From the NCBI GenBank assembly GCA_024137785.1, contig JAHRHZ010000062.1, positions 35,565,232 through 35,629,231 of the forward strand: a stretch of 64,000 bases of DNA, in the 5' to 3' direction. How positions within the stretch are numbered: the first letter of the stretch is position 1; each line of letters opens with the position of its first letter. Positions 1 through 13,336 of this stretch are shown in pieces. Source of the DNA: Ginglymostoma cirratum. Lineage: Eukaryota. The notes beneath the pieces are model-generated. The model did not search any database, was not told where the DNA came from, and saw only the letters and a list, made by a program, of their open reading frames with translations. Both the position numbers and the translations under genes were made by a program.

Positions 1-902
1 GGCTCATAACCTCTATCCAAATCGTTACAATAATCAACCAGTTGGAAGAGTGCTCACCACTTCCTGAACGAATCCTAAATTTTAGTCTCTAATTCTTGAC
101 CAGTACAAAGAGTGCTAGTGGCTTCCCTATTACGATTTAACTTTAGCTTGCACGCTTTACATATCATACTTCTTCTCAGGCCATTCTCCTAGCCAATCAG
201 TATCCCAGTTTTGGCTTCACTTTGCTGGAGCTTAAATGCAAAATGTATTCCAGGTACAACGTCAGTTTATACTAGTGTTCTTCCTCTCCTTAAAGCTGCA
301 TGATGCTATTTAACAATTAAAGAAATCCTAAAATGCTAATAATACAAACAAATTAAGGCTTTCTACCTCAATGCTTAAGCCTTGTACAATTTGATCACTT
401 AAGCCTTATTAAGTACGCAGATGAGGTGGAGTCTAACACAATTTTTTTTTTTAGTTTAATAAGATGTTATGATGTTAGAGGTAATCAGTACATGTAGTGT
501 AAATCCTTTAGTTTGGTAACCAAAGCGATTTGAGGCCAGAGATTTTGCATATACCAGCTGATTGATCACCTGCTTTACAATGCAGGGTTCTGCCACATGG
601 AGAGTTGGGAATGGTAAATCACTACAACACAATATTCTGTTTCGGAAATTCCTAATAAGAATGGCTTTATCGTAAAACTATTAACATATGAATTAGAAAT
701 CTGGAGTTACCCCTACTGTACTTCAATGTGAAAATTCAATTTATAAAGTAAAAAGCTGGCAGCTCTGTTAATCTGGTCCAATGACTCATAATTCCAATCA
801 GTTGATCAGTTTCAGATGTGTTAGCATCTCTTGTTGTCATTTCAAAATACTATACACTAATGGAAAAGCTATATGGACATACAAGAGAATGACATTATTT
901 AA

Positions 903-1082
<180 letters not shown>

Positions 1083-2399
1083 TAAACGTACAACTGGATT
1101 TTTTTAGGAAAAAAATTCACCTTTTTGCTGTCTGTAATTGAAGTGGGATTCTGCCTTGGCAATTTTGATAAAATTAAGTTTAATAATTTTAGAATGTTTA
1201 ATTTTCTAAGTAATACAGTTTGATTGAAATCTGGAAAAAGATATCTACACAAAAAATGTTCAACTATTTAGAATGCAAGAAGTGGAAAATTAATTAATTA
1301 GTTTCGATCATAAATTTTACATTCAGCCTGATTGTATGCAAAGTGTAACTCTTAAAACAGCACTTTCATCTAAAAAGGAATATTTATTGAGCAACTGTTT
1401 ACTGCTTGACCACTATTTGACAGAATTATGGGCATATATCTTCCCAAAGAGAAGGAAAGCTCAAAGAATAAGGGTAGTAGCTCCAAAAATCATCTTCCAA
1501 GAATTGAGTCAGGCACATTTTTTAACACCTTCAAATCTGGGAACACCTAACAATCACTGGAAGATAATAACATAGTGAAAAGTTAGAGCAGAACAGTTTT
1601 TTTTTCTGGTTATGTTAAGAAAGTTTACTACATTGTCTACCATTAAAACTAAACTACAAATGACAAATATTTTTTGAAATGCATATCTCAGCTACTCAGT
1701 ATTTGTGTTGTTGATAAAACTGTTTGCATTGGCTGTTTTGAATAATATCAGTGTGGTGCGCAGATCCATGCCACTGTGGTTGGGCTTAGATTCTAACCCT
1801 CCCCATCCCTTATGAGAGGTTAGCCATTTGAGCAGTTAGAAGTAGGGAAATTCACTTCCACCAAGCCTCACCCGACTCATTGCAGTTTTATCTCTTGGCT
1901 CTCAATTGGTGCTGCACAAATATATTCAAATCAAGGTCTAAAGTTGTAGTTAAGAGCCCGACAGAATTTTAAGTCTGTGAGATAGAAGTCTGCCAGTGAC
2001 CAACAATTCAGAAATACTCTAGGGATTAGCCTTAGAAACTGACGCAACTTGTAGGAACATTTAAAAGGTCCCATGCATCCAATAAGTTAATGATCAGAAT
2101 CTCTGTGGTTTTTCTTTCCTTAATGTAGTTTCAAAGCATGTCTTCACGCGGAGATTGCTTCATTTTCATTTGTTTGACTTACTCATTCTTGAGTAAGCAA
2201 TTTAAAGCTTCTCTTGGGTGCCATTTTTGCTACCCACAGCAAAGAAAGCAGATAATATGTCTGAGTTGCTAGGGAAATTAATAATAAATCAAGGACTAGA
2301 ACTCATTAAAGCTAATGTAAACAAGAAAACAGTATTAGAAAACATAATACCACTAATGACTGAGAAATCATAGGAACATAAATGAGCCATTTTGTTCAA

Positions 2400-3440
2400 T
2401 GAACCTGTCACCAGCCCAGGGTTTTAAAGGATGTAAGTGATGAAATTCAAGGTGTGCGAACTATAAACTTTCAAAGTGCTCTTGATTGAGAAATTGTCTC
2501 TTTAGATCAGAAAACTGCAAATGTAATTTTTACTTGAGAAAGTTGTGAGAGAAAATCAAGGAGATTATACATTTGCTAGTGTAACATCTGTTGTGGGGAT
2601 ATAATCAGAATCTGTAATACAGAAGAGAGTAATGGAAACATTTAAAGTAAATTTAAGTTGATTAGTCAATGTGAATTTGTGAAGGCAAATGCCTATCTAA
2701 TGAACATAACTGAATTTTTTGAGTTAAATTATTAAAATTGTAGACAGGGACTGCCCATGGATATAGTTTAAATGTACTTTCAGAAGACATTCATTAAGGT
2801 TCCACCTAAGAGTCTTAGCAAAAATTAAAGATCATAAGTTTTTCGAAAATTATCAAGAGATTGATTAGATGGTAGTTGACGAGACATGGTATAATGGATA
2901 TGCAATTAAACTGGAAGAGAGCAACTAGCAGTACTCCAGAAGTTTTTGTGCTGAGGCCTTATCTGTTCACTGCGTATGCTGCATATATGATGCAGTTGAG
3001 AGCCATGTATCTACACTGACCTATGGCACAAGTATTCCCGATGTTAAGGAGTGGATGGGATCATTTAGATTTAGAGGCCGGATTTTTTTAAATATTGAAC
3101 ATACTTCTTTGAAATTTGAGGGCTAAAATATAACATAGAGAAAGTTTTGCTACAATAATCAAAACCCAGGATGATCCACAGTTGTAGTACAGTGTATAGT
3201 TCTGAACATCACACTTGAGCACTTAGTAGCCTTTGAAGGTGTGTAACTCAAATTTAGGCAGAAATTAGGCGGACTCTGAGGGTTAGATTATGGCAAGAGA
3301 TTTCATAAACTATGCTTGTATTCCATGAAAGGTAGATGATTTGATTGAAGATTTTGAACACTTTGAAAAGACTTGATGGGAAGCCTTGCTGCTCATGTGG
3401 GAGACTAGAACAAGGGACTATAAAACCAGAACTAGGCAGT
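2400..3440 (+). mobile_element. Highly decayed CR1-type LINE RT region
   Basis: Remnants of the ANV.., YRP/TSVVG, xHGF..CLxNLxEFF and DxVxxxFQKAFxKVP motifs, with many stops. Boundaries approximate. Confidence 0.7.
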
Positions 3441-3447
3441 CCAGGAG

Positions 3448-4250
3448 AAAAGTAATACAGAAAATGCATGAAGTATTCAGCTGGTGTGGCCGCATCTGTG
3501 GAGAGAGGAACAGAATTTATATTTCAAGTCTGAACCTTTCAACAAAACTGAATAAAATTAAAAATGTAATTGGCATTGAGCAAGTGAGAGTGGGATGAGG
3601 GAGGATGGGAAGTAGAATAAAAAGGGAAGAATTTGATAAGGTGGAGGGTTAGACAGATTCAATGACAAATAATTTCATGGTGCAAAGAACTGAAGGAAGA
3701 CATAATGGAAGTGCTACAATGGAAGGCTTCATCATTAAAACAGATGTAAAGAAGACATAAAATCTTGGAAAACGGAATAGACTCTTTAAGCGAAGTGTGG
3801 TGTAACAACAGCAGCTGTGCGAATCAATAAGCTTAAATTGACTATTGATTGATACTTCTGTCTAGAAACGAAGAGAGAGAAGTCAGCTAGGAAGGGAAAA
3901 GTTTGGAGATTGACCATATGAAAGTGAAAGAACAGTGGTAATTGAGAGTGAAATCAATGGTATTTTCCAATTCAGGACAAGAGAAAGGAAAAGCACCAAT
4001 ACAGTCATCAAAGAATCAGAAAAAAAAAAGTGTGAGGGAGAGAGCTTGTTTAAGAATGGAACAGGGAATAAAACAAAAAAAGGAAATATTCAGCAGACTA
4101 GGCAGTATCTGTGGAGTGAAACAAAGTTAATATTATACTGTGTCAAAACCCAGGCAGCATATGTGTTTCCAGAGGGCTTACTCCTGCTCTTTTCTCACCC
4201 GACTAACATGCAACTTGAGAACTGTCTTTCACAGTTTTTTTTTTAAACTC
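3448..4250 (-). mobile_element. Decayed Penelope-like element 3' region, with a second short terminus at about 4060-4130
   Basis: 'gcatctgtggagagaggaacagaa..tttcaagtc' terminus shared with the short repeats elsewhere in the window. The purine-rich 3' region mirrors the element at 10335-12250. Confidence 0.55.
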
Positions 4251-4315
4251 ACTTTGAATTCCATGTTTTCCATTCGGCAAAGATTCTTTGTTAAATGAAA
4301 ACTTGAATTGAGACT

Positions 4316-4694
4316 TGACTCAGCAACTGCACTAATAAGCTTTCTGGTCACCCATTAATTCAAGCTTTCCTTTAGATAGACCATGTTATCTGACTTCTCT
4401 CTCTGAAAGACTCTAACCTTGCCTTTTTCCTCCCCTGATATCTTTTCATTTTCATTCGCCTGGAAAGAATACTGGGAAAGAAACTGAAAAGAATACAACA
4501 AATGGAACTTATAAAATTTGAATTAGAGGCTCAAACAGCAAAGGTATCAAGGGAGGGAAAAGGCAAGGTTAGAGTCTTCCAGAGAGAGAAGTCAGATAAC
4601 ATGGTCTATATAAAGGAAAGCTTGAATTAAAGGGCAACCAGAAAGCTTATTAGTACAGTTGCCGAGTTGCTTGTCTATCTTCTCTTTTTCTCTT
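4316..4694. repeat. Palindromic insertion: about 128-bp inverted arms (4318-4445 / 4540-4667) with a 13-bp flanking direct repeat
   Basis: The arms read as reverse complements with scattered mismatches. Flanks are ttgaattgagact (4303-4315) and ttgaattgaaact (4695-4707). Confidence 0.85.
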
Positions 4695-5039
4695 TTGAAT
4701 TGAAACTGTATTTTTTTAAAAGTGAAATGTTCCCTTTCATTAAAATCTGGTTAGTTCTATTTGATCATCAGGGGTCTTTCCCCCTTAAGCTTCAGATGAT
4801 GAGCCAACATTACCTGTTAACCATCATCTCCTCCTTCACCGTTTACTCTTCCATAGTCTTCAAATGACCTTTTGTCTCAAAGCACCAAAAAGCAAGACCA
4901 CGCTCCAAAATGGCCTGCGCCCTATAGGTACTGATATTTATTTGCTACAAATAAAGAAGAAATGTTTAAATTCTGGAAGATTCCAGTGAATCTGTTTTAC
5001 ATGGCAAAGTTTGGTTCTGATCCTAAATGAATCCTAACT

Positions 5040-5492
5040 TTGTTATTTATTTTATTCAGTCATGGGACATGGCGTCACTGGCTAACCAGTATTTCTTGCC
5101 CGTCCCTAGTTACCCTTAAGAAGTGGTGGTTAACTGCCTTCTTGAATTGTTGCAGTCCACATGCTGTAGGTGAGTGATTGATATAACTGAGTGGCTTTCT
5201 AGGCCATTTCAGAGGGCAGTTGAGAGTCAACCACATTGCTGTGGGTCTGGTGTCACACGTAGGTCAGACCAGGTGAGGATGGCAGATTTCCTTCCCTGAA
5301 GGGCATTAGTGAACCATATGGGTTTTTCCAGCAATCAACAATGGTTTTATGGTTATCACTAGATTCTTAATTCCAGATTTTCTTATTGAATTATAATCTG
5401 CCATAGCAGGATTCAAGCCTGGGTCCCTAGAACATTAGTTGAATTTCTAGGCTAATCGTCTAGTAAGTGATAATATCACTAGGCCATCGCTG
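5040..5492 (-). mobile_element. tRNA-derived SINE with a LINE-derived 3' tail
   Basis: The minus-strand head has A-box-like 'tggcctagtga' and B-box-like 'gcttgaatcc'. The tail (5040-5170) resembles the LINE 3' end at 41329-41455. Confidence 0.8.
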
Positions 5493-5759
5493 CTGCATTG
5501 TTATGATTCCCCATGCAGACCAGTCACCTGAAACAATTGAACTTTGCCAAGATCCCAATGGAAAAACTGACAAACAAGGTTTTTCTTTTATAATCTTTAC
5601 TTTGTCAAGCCAAAGTCGTTTAACAGGCACACCGTTGTCACCATGAACTATAAATTGCACTTTATATAGCCAAGACAACGAATATATATCTCGCTGATAT
5701 ACTGGCAATCTCTTTAGCTCATATGGAGAAAGAACGTTCAGCCATGATGTCCTTTTACT

Positions 5760-5928
5760 AAATAAAAACCAAAAGAACCGTGAATGCTGTAAATCAGAAA
5801 CAAAAACAGAAAAAAATTGTTGACTGGCAGCATTTGAGGAAGGGTCACTCAACCCGAAATGTTTACTCTGATTTCTCTCCATAGATGTTGCAGGCATGCT
5901 GAGCTTTTTCAGCATTTTCTGTTTTTGT
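5760..5928. mobile_element. Short Penelope-terminus insertion (family A) with inverted ends and a decayed hammerhead on + at about 5834-5868
   Basis: TSD tccttttact (5750-5759 / 5929-5938); motif tTGAGGAAGGGTCactcAACCCGAAATGTT. Confidence 0.8.
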
Positions 5929-6790
5929 TCCTTTTACTGCTTTGTTTTCTTCAGATGCAATTTAGCAGTTTTCCTTCACACAGAATTTGGCCATCTAGTT
6001 GCCTCTGGGAGCATTTGTTTTCAACCCTGTCCTTGGAACTCAGATTATCACCGGAAGGCCATACTCCTCAGCTCAGCTGTTTGCATTCATGATGGCATGG
6101 TTTTCCCAAAACCACTGAAGTAGCGATCGTAACCTTATTTCACTATTCCTGATACTAAATTCAATATCCATGGCTCATTATTTCCAGATATCCCACACAC
6201 ACACACAACCCTCTACAGTCTGCCTCTTGACGTCTTGCTGAAATCTGATCTCTGAGAATTCTTTACTTGTATCCAAAAAGAAAACACATTCTCTGTTTCT
6301 TCAGCATTATGAGGTGCCAAAGTCAATTTCCCCGAAGTCTGCTGCCATAGCCACGGACCTACATTTATTACCTTCTTTTTCCCAGAAACTGACTTCCAGT
6401 TTTACCTTGTCAGGGACTGTCTCTCAAAATGCAATCTTTGAAACCAAAGTTAGTCCACGCAACTGCCCATTTAATTTTCCACAGAGCAGATTTCATCTCA
6501 TTACTCAGCACCACTGGAAAAACCTACATTACACAGATTACGATGGTTGAAGAAGATGGCTAGCTCATCACCTATCCTGTCAAGCAGCTAAGGCAGGGCA
6601 GGAGATGCCTATATCCCTTGACCAAATATAAAAATGAGAGAACGCAGAAAGGATACAGTATCCCTTTAAGATCTGCATCTCCACTTTACAAAGGCCTCTT
6701 CCCAGTTTATTAGGAAACATAATGCCTCCTTCAATGAAGGCAGTGTCCAGGTTTAAGTCAAACACGAGGAACTGGATAGAAGATGAATAG

Positions 6791-6891
6791 AAACCAAAAT
6801 AACGTTTCTGGACCCGATGTGTTAACTCTGACTTTTCTCCACAGATGCTGCCAGACCTGCTGAGCTTTTCCAGCATTTTCTGCTTTTGTTG
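6791..6891 (+). mobile_element. Short Penelope-terminus insertion (family A), broken within hammerhead stem II
   Basis: 14-bp TSD tagaagatgaatag (6777-6790 / 6892-6905); body 'gttaactctg..cacagatgctgccagacctgctgagcttttccagc'. Confidence 0.85.
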
Positions 6892-9346
6892 TAGAAGATG
6901 AATAGGTTCATTTCGTGCGAGATCCTTTCAGCAAGCAGAACGTCGTCCCATCAGCCTAGACTGACTCCCACTTCACCAGGCGATAGAACACACTCTCTAA
7001 CTTATAACGTCACACTGTCCTTCTTGTGACTTAGTATTAATCTCTTTCACTGCTTGGAACAATGGCAGGGATGTAATCACAATGTGACGAGTTGTCACTC
7101 AGAAGTGTGATACTTCATTTCATCTGATTGAAATTACTGGAGGAGCTGTTGTAATAGCTGCACCCTACAGCTGTTAAAGCTTTGCTGAAATTTTTTAAAA
7201 ATTATATATTTTTCTACAAAAAAAACTGTAGCTCATATTTTCCGTGCCTGAAGTGCAAGTAAAACACTGCTGAAAAATGTACACTATCACTATCTTAAAA
7301 TAAAAATAAGTAAGTTAATGTGTTGATTGGAGCACGGCATTAGCATTTAGTCAGCTTGAATCCAGTGTGTTTTTCATGTCTTTCTTGTTGACCAAGTTTT
7401 TCTGTGTTTCAATCGTTTCCTGTTATTGTTTTAAACCTGAAGGTGGTTGCACTGGTAAAGTTCAATGTGCGTTCCTGATGATCCTCCTTCATGGGCAGCA
7501 AATGTCATCATAACTTCAGATTGAAATCACAGACCGGAATATTAACCTTCCAATAAAGCATCAAACTGGGAAGACTGATGTAAATTCACATGACAGCTGG
7601 CTTAAATTTATCATCTAGATTCTGTTAATGTTACACCTCAGGGTATTTCCCCTTTTACAAGTTTGATCAAAATGGACAGACAAATAAATGAGCCGCATAA
7701 TTCAACTGAGGATTCTAATATCATCAGCAATATTTAATGTCTCAGTACGAAGGTAACCTGTTTCCAATGATTATATATCCATCAGCCAAATTATAAATTA
7801 GCAAGATAGACTATTTGAGTCCTCACAGTGATGGTGTAGTGTGCTCTGAGTGTCATCACTGCAGGAAGGGACTGCAATCGCCGTTAGCTCCATCCCTCCA
7901 CTCATGTGAGTTTTTCCACTTTGGACATCGCAGAGAAGAGAGCCATCTGTTGTCTTCAAGAAGAAGTGTTTCTCTGAACTACTCCATATCTCCTTATAGC
8001 TCAGTTCACTCCACTTTTCCTAGACATTCATAAGAAGTTCATCAAAACTTTTGCAAGGGTGAACAGTGGGGTAGAGACGCTTACAACAGAGAAATAAAGA
8101 AAAATGCAGAAGAAACTTTTTCACTGTAAACATCTACAAAAAGAAAACCTTAATTTAACTGAACGATGATGTTCAGAAATAACTGACACTGAGGCTCAGT
8201 TTGATTATTTCAGCTTGGGAAATGCCGCATGGTACTTAAGAAAATGAAACTTCTGTTAAGTAGTTTGTTGCATATTTCTCCAGCCTAAAAATGTGCTTCA
8301 TAACTGCAGTTAGGTCATCAGGAAAAAAATCATGGAGTGGAATTTGGAGCCTTCTCCCCAGTGAAAATGTGATCCAAGTGTTCCAAAAATGTTGGGAATG
8401 ACGAGCTGCTCTGTACTTGCTGTTCTTATGGCCGCAGTAGTCTCTTTGCTCCATACAATCAGACACCATGAAAACAAAATCTACCCTTCTGCCTTTACTG
8501 TCACAAATTTGAGAGATCTTTTTCAAGTTCATTTCAGGTTACCAAAAATTAATGCCTTGCTGCCAGTCATTGATTGAATTCCAAATTACAAGCTTGACTT
8601 GGAGTTTTCCTTCTGTTTGAAAGCAAGCACTTTGAAGATTTTCAAATACAAAAGATTGCATGCTTTTAAAATGAGCTGTCATTTCACAGGTTAAATCCTG
8701 CGATCTATCTTTTTCTGAGGACTGAAACAGCAAGCATACATCAATATCAGACATAACCCATTCTACTTGCAGTCCACTGCAGTCAACAATATATAATGTT
8801 CCAGTTAGCTCCAATCATTGTTCTTGACAAAGCAGAGAGCAATGAAGGAGTGTGAACTGAAAACTGGCCTGATAGAAAGAGATATTTGAATGAATTATGG
8901 CAGCTGGTGACTCTGGACATTGCTATATTTTCAAAGAAAAAATGCTAAAACTAATCATTCATTATGCAGTTGACCTCATGTAAACAATAATCTGAGTAAA
9001 AAATGAAAACCCCAAGTCATTTCACAGTCTGTACTTAACATCTCCTGTCTTCTGCTAATTTGCTGATGCAATTTGCACAGATGAACATGGGTTAAAAAGT
9101 ATGCCTGTGGTATATTCAGCTGCATTATATCAACATTGTTTTCATTTTCTGCTGTTTGTGAGCAGCAACATGCAGTGTATTTACCTGCTTCTGGGCAGGA
9201 GTATTTTCAGTCATATAAACAGACCCTTCAGTCTTACTAGTCCGTGCCAATCCTGTTCCCAAGCTAAACAAGTCCCACCCTCCTGCACTTGGCCCAACTT
9301 CCTCCAAATCTTTCCTATTCATGAACCAAACAAATGTCTTTTAAAT

Positions 9347-9482
9347 AAAAACCGAAAGAACTGCAGACGCTGTTAATCAGGAACAAAAACAAAGTTGCTG
9401 GAAAAGCTCAGCAAGTCTGGCAACATTTGTGATGGGAAAAACAGAGTTAACGTTTCAGGTCCGGTGACCCTTCCTCAGAACA
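9347..9482 (-). mobile_element. 136-bp hammerhead-bearing Penelope-terminus element (family A)
   Basis: Perfect 15-bp TSD aaatgtcttttaaat (9332-9346 / 9483-9497). Confidence 0.9.
9446..9481 (-). ncRNA. Minimal type I hammerhead ribozyme motif, core intact
   Basis: Minus strand reads GUU CUGAGGA A GGGUC accg GACCU GAAAC GUU AAC: stem I GUU/AAC, 5-bp stem II, and palindromic AACGUU in place of stem III. Confidence 0.8.
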
Positions 9483-10334
9483 AAATGTCTTTTAAATGTT
9501 GTAACTGTACGTGCTTCCAGCTCTGCTATGGTTGCAGAGGAGGGCTTTTTAAAATATGAAAGCTTAGAAGATCAGACAATTGATTGTTCTGGTTCTGAGG
9601 TGATTTCTAAAAAATAGTTTTTTTCACAAATCTTCATCCTGTTGCACAGAGGATGCCGGTCAAGCTTATGAAGAGCAGGCATTAGAGAGATGGCAATCAC
9701 CACATGCGCTCCAGGCAGCCTGTGTGATGCAAACCAGGAAGTCCTGCCATGAGAACAGTGTAAATGACACCTTCATCCATAGCAGTGGCCTGGTTTTATA
9801 ATGCAGAGGATCTGTCTATCTGAAGATGAACCCCGGTTTTCTAAATCAAAAATCCAAGATGTAACGGATAAACTAGTCTAGGACAGCCGTGCAAAATGGG
9901 CAATAGGGTGTAGGCATTCTATGCGCACATTCTTTTAACTGGAAAAATACATTCGACATGGTCACAAGTGGCTGCCAATTTGCTCATGCTTGTTTTTCTG
10001 TACTGCCAGAAATTAATTTCATCCCTGTTGTGTTATAACTAGAACTTTAGCAACAGCGAGCAAACAAGGAGAAATGTTTTCTCCTTTTTACATCCAAAAA
10101 ATTAAGAATTTTAGTGGTTAATCCAATTGAGAATGGAATCAGGCAATAATCTGTTCAGGATGTGTCCAACCTCCAATATAAGAAGCATTAGGGCAAAGTT
10201 AAAAAGAATAGAGTCTTTCCTTAAATATGCTCATATCTAATTCAGGGAAAATTTTCAATTCCATTGTTTCAGATGAAGTTATTGAACACTTATGACTGAA
10301 CTAGTTGTAGCAAGGCCCGGTATGTTTAAATGGT

Positions 10335-12250
10335 CAATAAGAACAGAAAATGCTGATTACCTTCAACATGGCAGACTTTATCTATGGACAGAGAAACAGA
10401 GCTAACATTTTAGTTCATTGTTTTTTCATCCAGAGGTTATCCCTCTAGGACTTCCAACCTCATCATTTCTATACCTTGAACTTCCCACTTTTACCACCTT
10501 CCCAAAATCCATAAATAAATCTTAGAGTTGAGCCCTTATTTCCACCTGTTCCTACCCTACTGAACCCATTTCCACTGATTTCAATTCTACTCTTTGTCCA
10601 CTTCCCTTGTTCCTTCCAAATATACCTATGACTCTTCCAGTAGCCTTAGTGACTTTAACAGTTTACAATTTCCTAGTCCTAAATTTCTCTCATTGTGGAC
10701 TGTCTGAAGGCTTCCTACTTTTTCATTGGATATCCTCCCAACCTGCAACCTTCTCCATCTGGTTGAATTTGTTGTTATGTTGAAGAATTTCTTTAACTCC
10801 ACCCATTTCCTCTTAATAAAATGTGTTGCATTGAGTACAAACGTGAATCTTAGAAGAGCTTGCCTTTTGCAAGAAATGTAAGTGATTCTGTGTTCCAGTT
10901 CTATTCAGGTTGTGACCTCATCTCTTTTGCCATTACATTGATGGATGTTTTAGTCTATTTCCTGCTCTTTCACTGAGCTGGGCAGGTTTATCAGTTTGAC
11001 TTAAATTTCCATTCTCCTCTCAACTTCACATGGTCCATCTCTGACTCTTCACTTACCTTATTTTCCATGACATTTCTGTCTACATTTCTGGAGATAGGTT
11101 ATCAAGCAATATTCAATGTAAACCCACTGACTTTCATAGCTACCTTTTTACATCCTGCTTCCTTCAAGAACTCTTCAATTCTCCCAGTTTCTTTATCCCT
11201 GTCCCCCTGATATGGCCCTGTTTTCCTTCGTTGGGGATTCCATACATTGTATATAATAGGGCCCTGAACCATGTGCATCTCATTCCCTCACATCAGTTCT
11301 GATCCCTACCCCTCCCTCCCAGAACCACGGTGAGTTTTCCCTTGTTCTGATCTTTCAATCCAACAGCCCCTATAAGTATTGGATCCTCCTCTGACATTTC
11401 TACTACCTCCAGAGCGATGCCACCATCGAACACATTTTCCATACCCCTCCCCTTTTAGGAATCTAAAGGCTTGATTTCTTAGCAATATGTTGGTCCACTC
11501 CTCAGTCACTCCCTATATTCTTCCCCTTCCCATGCCACTTCTCCATGCAAACCCAGGAGATGAAACAACTGTTATTTTCCATCCGAGAACCCAAATATTC
11601 TTTCCAAGTGAAATAGCGATTGATTCCTCCTTTCAGATAAGTGTGCTGCATTTACTGTTCGTGATATGTCTTCCTGTACATTGGGTAGATAAAGCTTTTT
11701 GACCACTTTTTGGAATACTCCCGTTAGCTCTGCAAGCATGACCCTGAGCTTCCAGTCACTTGTCACTTTAATTCTCTACCTGTTTCTACACTGATCTTGC
11801 TGTCCTTGGCTTCTTGCAGTGTTCTAATGAAACTCAATATGAACACAAGGAATAGCGCCTCATCTTTGAACTCAGTTCTTCACAGCCTACTGAGTGCAGC
11901 ATTGGTTTCAGTCATTTTAGACAATAACATCTGCTTCCATTTGCTTTGTTCCTTTTCCTGGATTTGGATTTTCTCTTATTTCTTTCTTCTACCTTCAGAC
12001 AGCAACTGTTTATCATCCAGCCATTCACACCTCCTCTAGACACATCTTTCCTTACTTGTCCTCTTGCCTATCCCTTTGGCCCTGCACAATGAAAATTTTA
12101 ATCTGTTAAGATAAATGTACCGCATAAATGGTCATTGATCCAAAGTATTAATTCTGTTTCTCGCTACTTAAAAGCCACCAGTGCAGTACTTCCGGCATTT
12201 TCAGTTTTCTGCTTCAGATTTCCGGCATCTGCAGTATTTTGATTTGTTTA
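10335..12250 (+). mobile_element. Old, decayed Penelope-like retrotransposon (RT plus GIY-YIG) with an inverted terminus at its left end
   Basis: Collinear with 58907-60822: 'tttaactccacccatttcct' (FNSxHFL), 'tacattgat' (YID), 'aaacccactgac' (KPTD), 'ctgtacattggg' (LYIG). Terminus at 12130-12250 and inverted terminus at 10335-10430. Confidence 0.8.
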
Positions 12251-13015
12251 CATGACCAATTACATTTAACAAATCTAGTTTGTTTTGAAGAAAAATGCCT
12301 GGATTCTTGAGTAGCATGCATTAGTTGTGCATATAATTTTCAAAAGGCTTGGTAAAAGAGATAGCCTGAGATAAAAGAGTAGCAGCCTGACTCTCAAGCT
12401 GGTTAGCAGACTCGCTAACAGATATTTGAGTTAAAATGTATTATTAAAAACGTTGTTCAGATCGCAATGTATAGAGTTTTCAAGCACACCTTATACTCTG
12501 TTCATTTAAGCCGTAGAATATGTATACATGTGTTTTTGCTAGGATGGTGATAGAGGGACCAGGATTTGGGGAGTTTGTGTCAAGGAGTCATAACTTGACA
12601 ATAATCAAAGACAATAAGGAGAATGATTGTGTGAACTTAATTTACAGCGATTTCAGGAATGTAATACTTTTCCACAGGGTACAGTTAAGGCACAGGTAAA
12701 TGCACCTTCTAATGGAGACTCAGATAGAATTTTGAATGATGTAGGCTATGGAAAAGGAGTAGGGTAGTGGGATTGGTTTTGTACTGCTGTATCAAAGAGC
12801 TAGCATGAGCATAATGAGGAGGAAAGTTTCATTATCTGTAAACTTTAGTTCTGTAAAAATAGCAGGCAAGCTGTTGCTACAATAAAAGGATCAGTTTATT
12901 TAAATATTTTAAAAAGGAAGACGACTGGGTCATTGTCTGAAATATCATCTAAACCTTCATTGCATGCACATATGTTAATTAAAGAAATGTAACCTAATTT
13001 CCCCATAATTAATGA

Positions 13016-13336
<321 letters not shown>

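Larger units (their letters stand above)
9215..9520 (-). mobile_element. CR1 LINE 3' fragment interrupted by a short Penelope-terminus element
   Basis: 'cagacccttcagtc...ttcctattcatg...aaatgtcttttaaatgttgta' is the reverse complement of a CR1 tail like that at 58780-58900. Confidence 0.7.

Noticed and set aside
5400-5492. tRNA gene
   Set aside because: A/B-box-like motifs belong to a SINE head; no complete cloverleaf.
6580-6876. Recurring short ORFs of the MLEKLSRSGSICG / ETSSFPAPMML type (also at 14216, 17410, 18857, 20042, 38874, 55926)
   Set aside because: These are translations of the non-coding Penelope terminal repeat, not a gene family.
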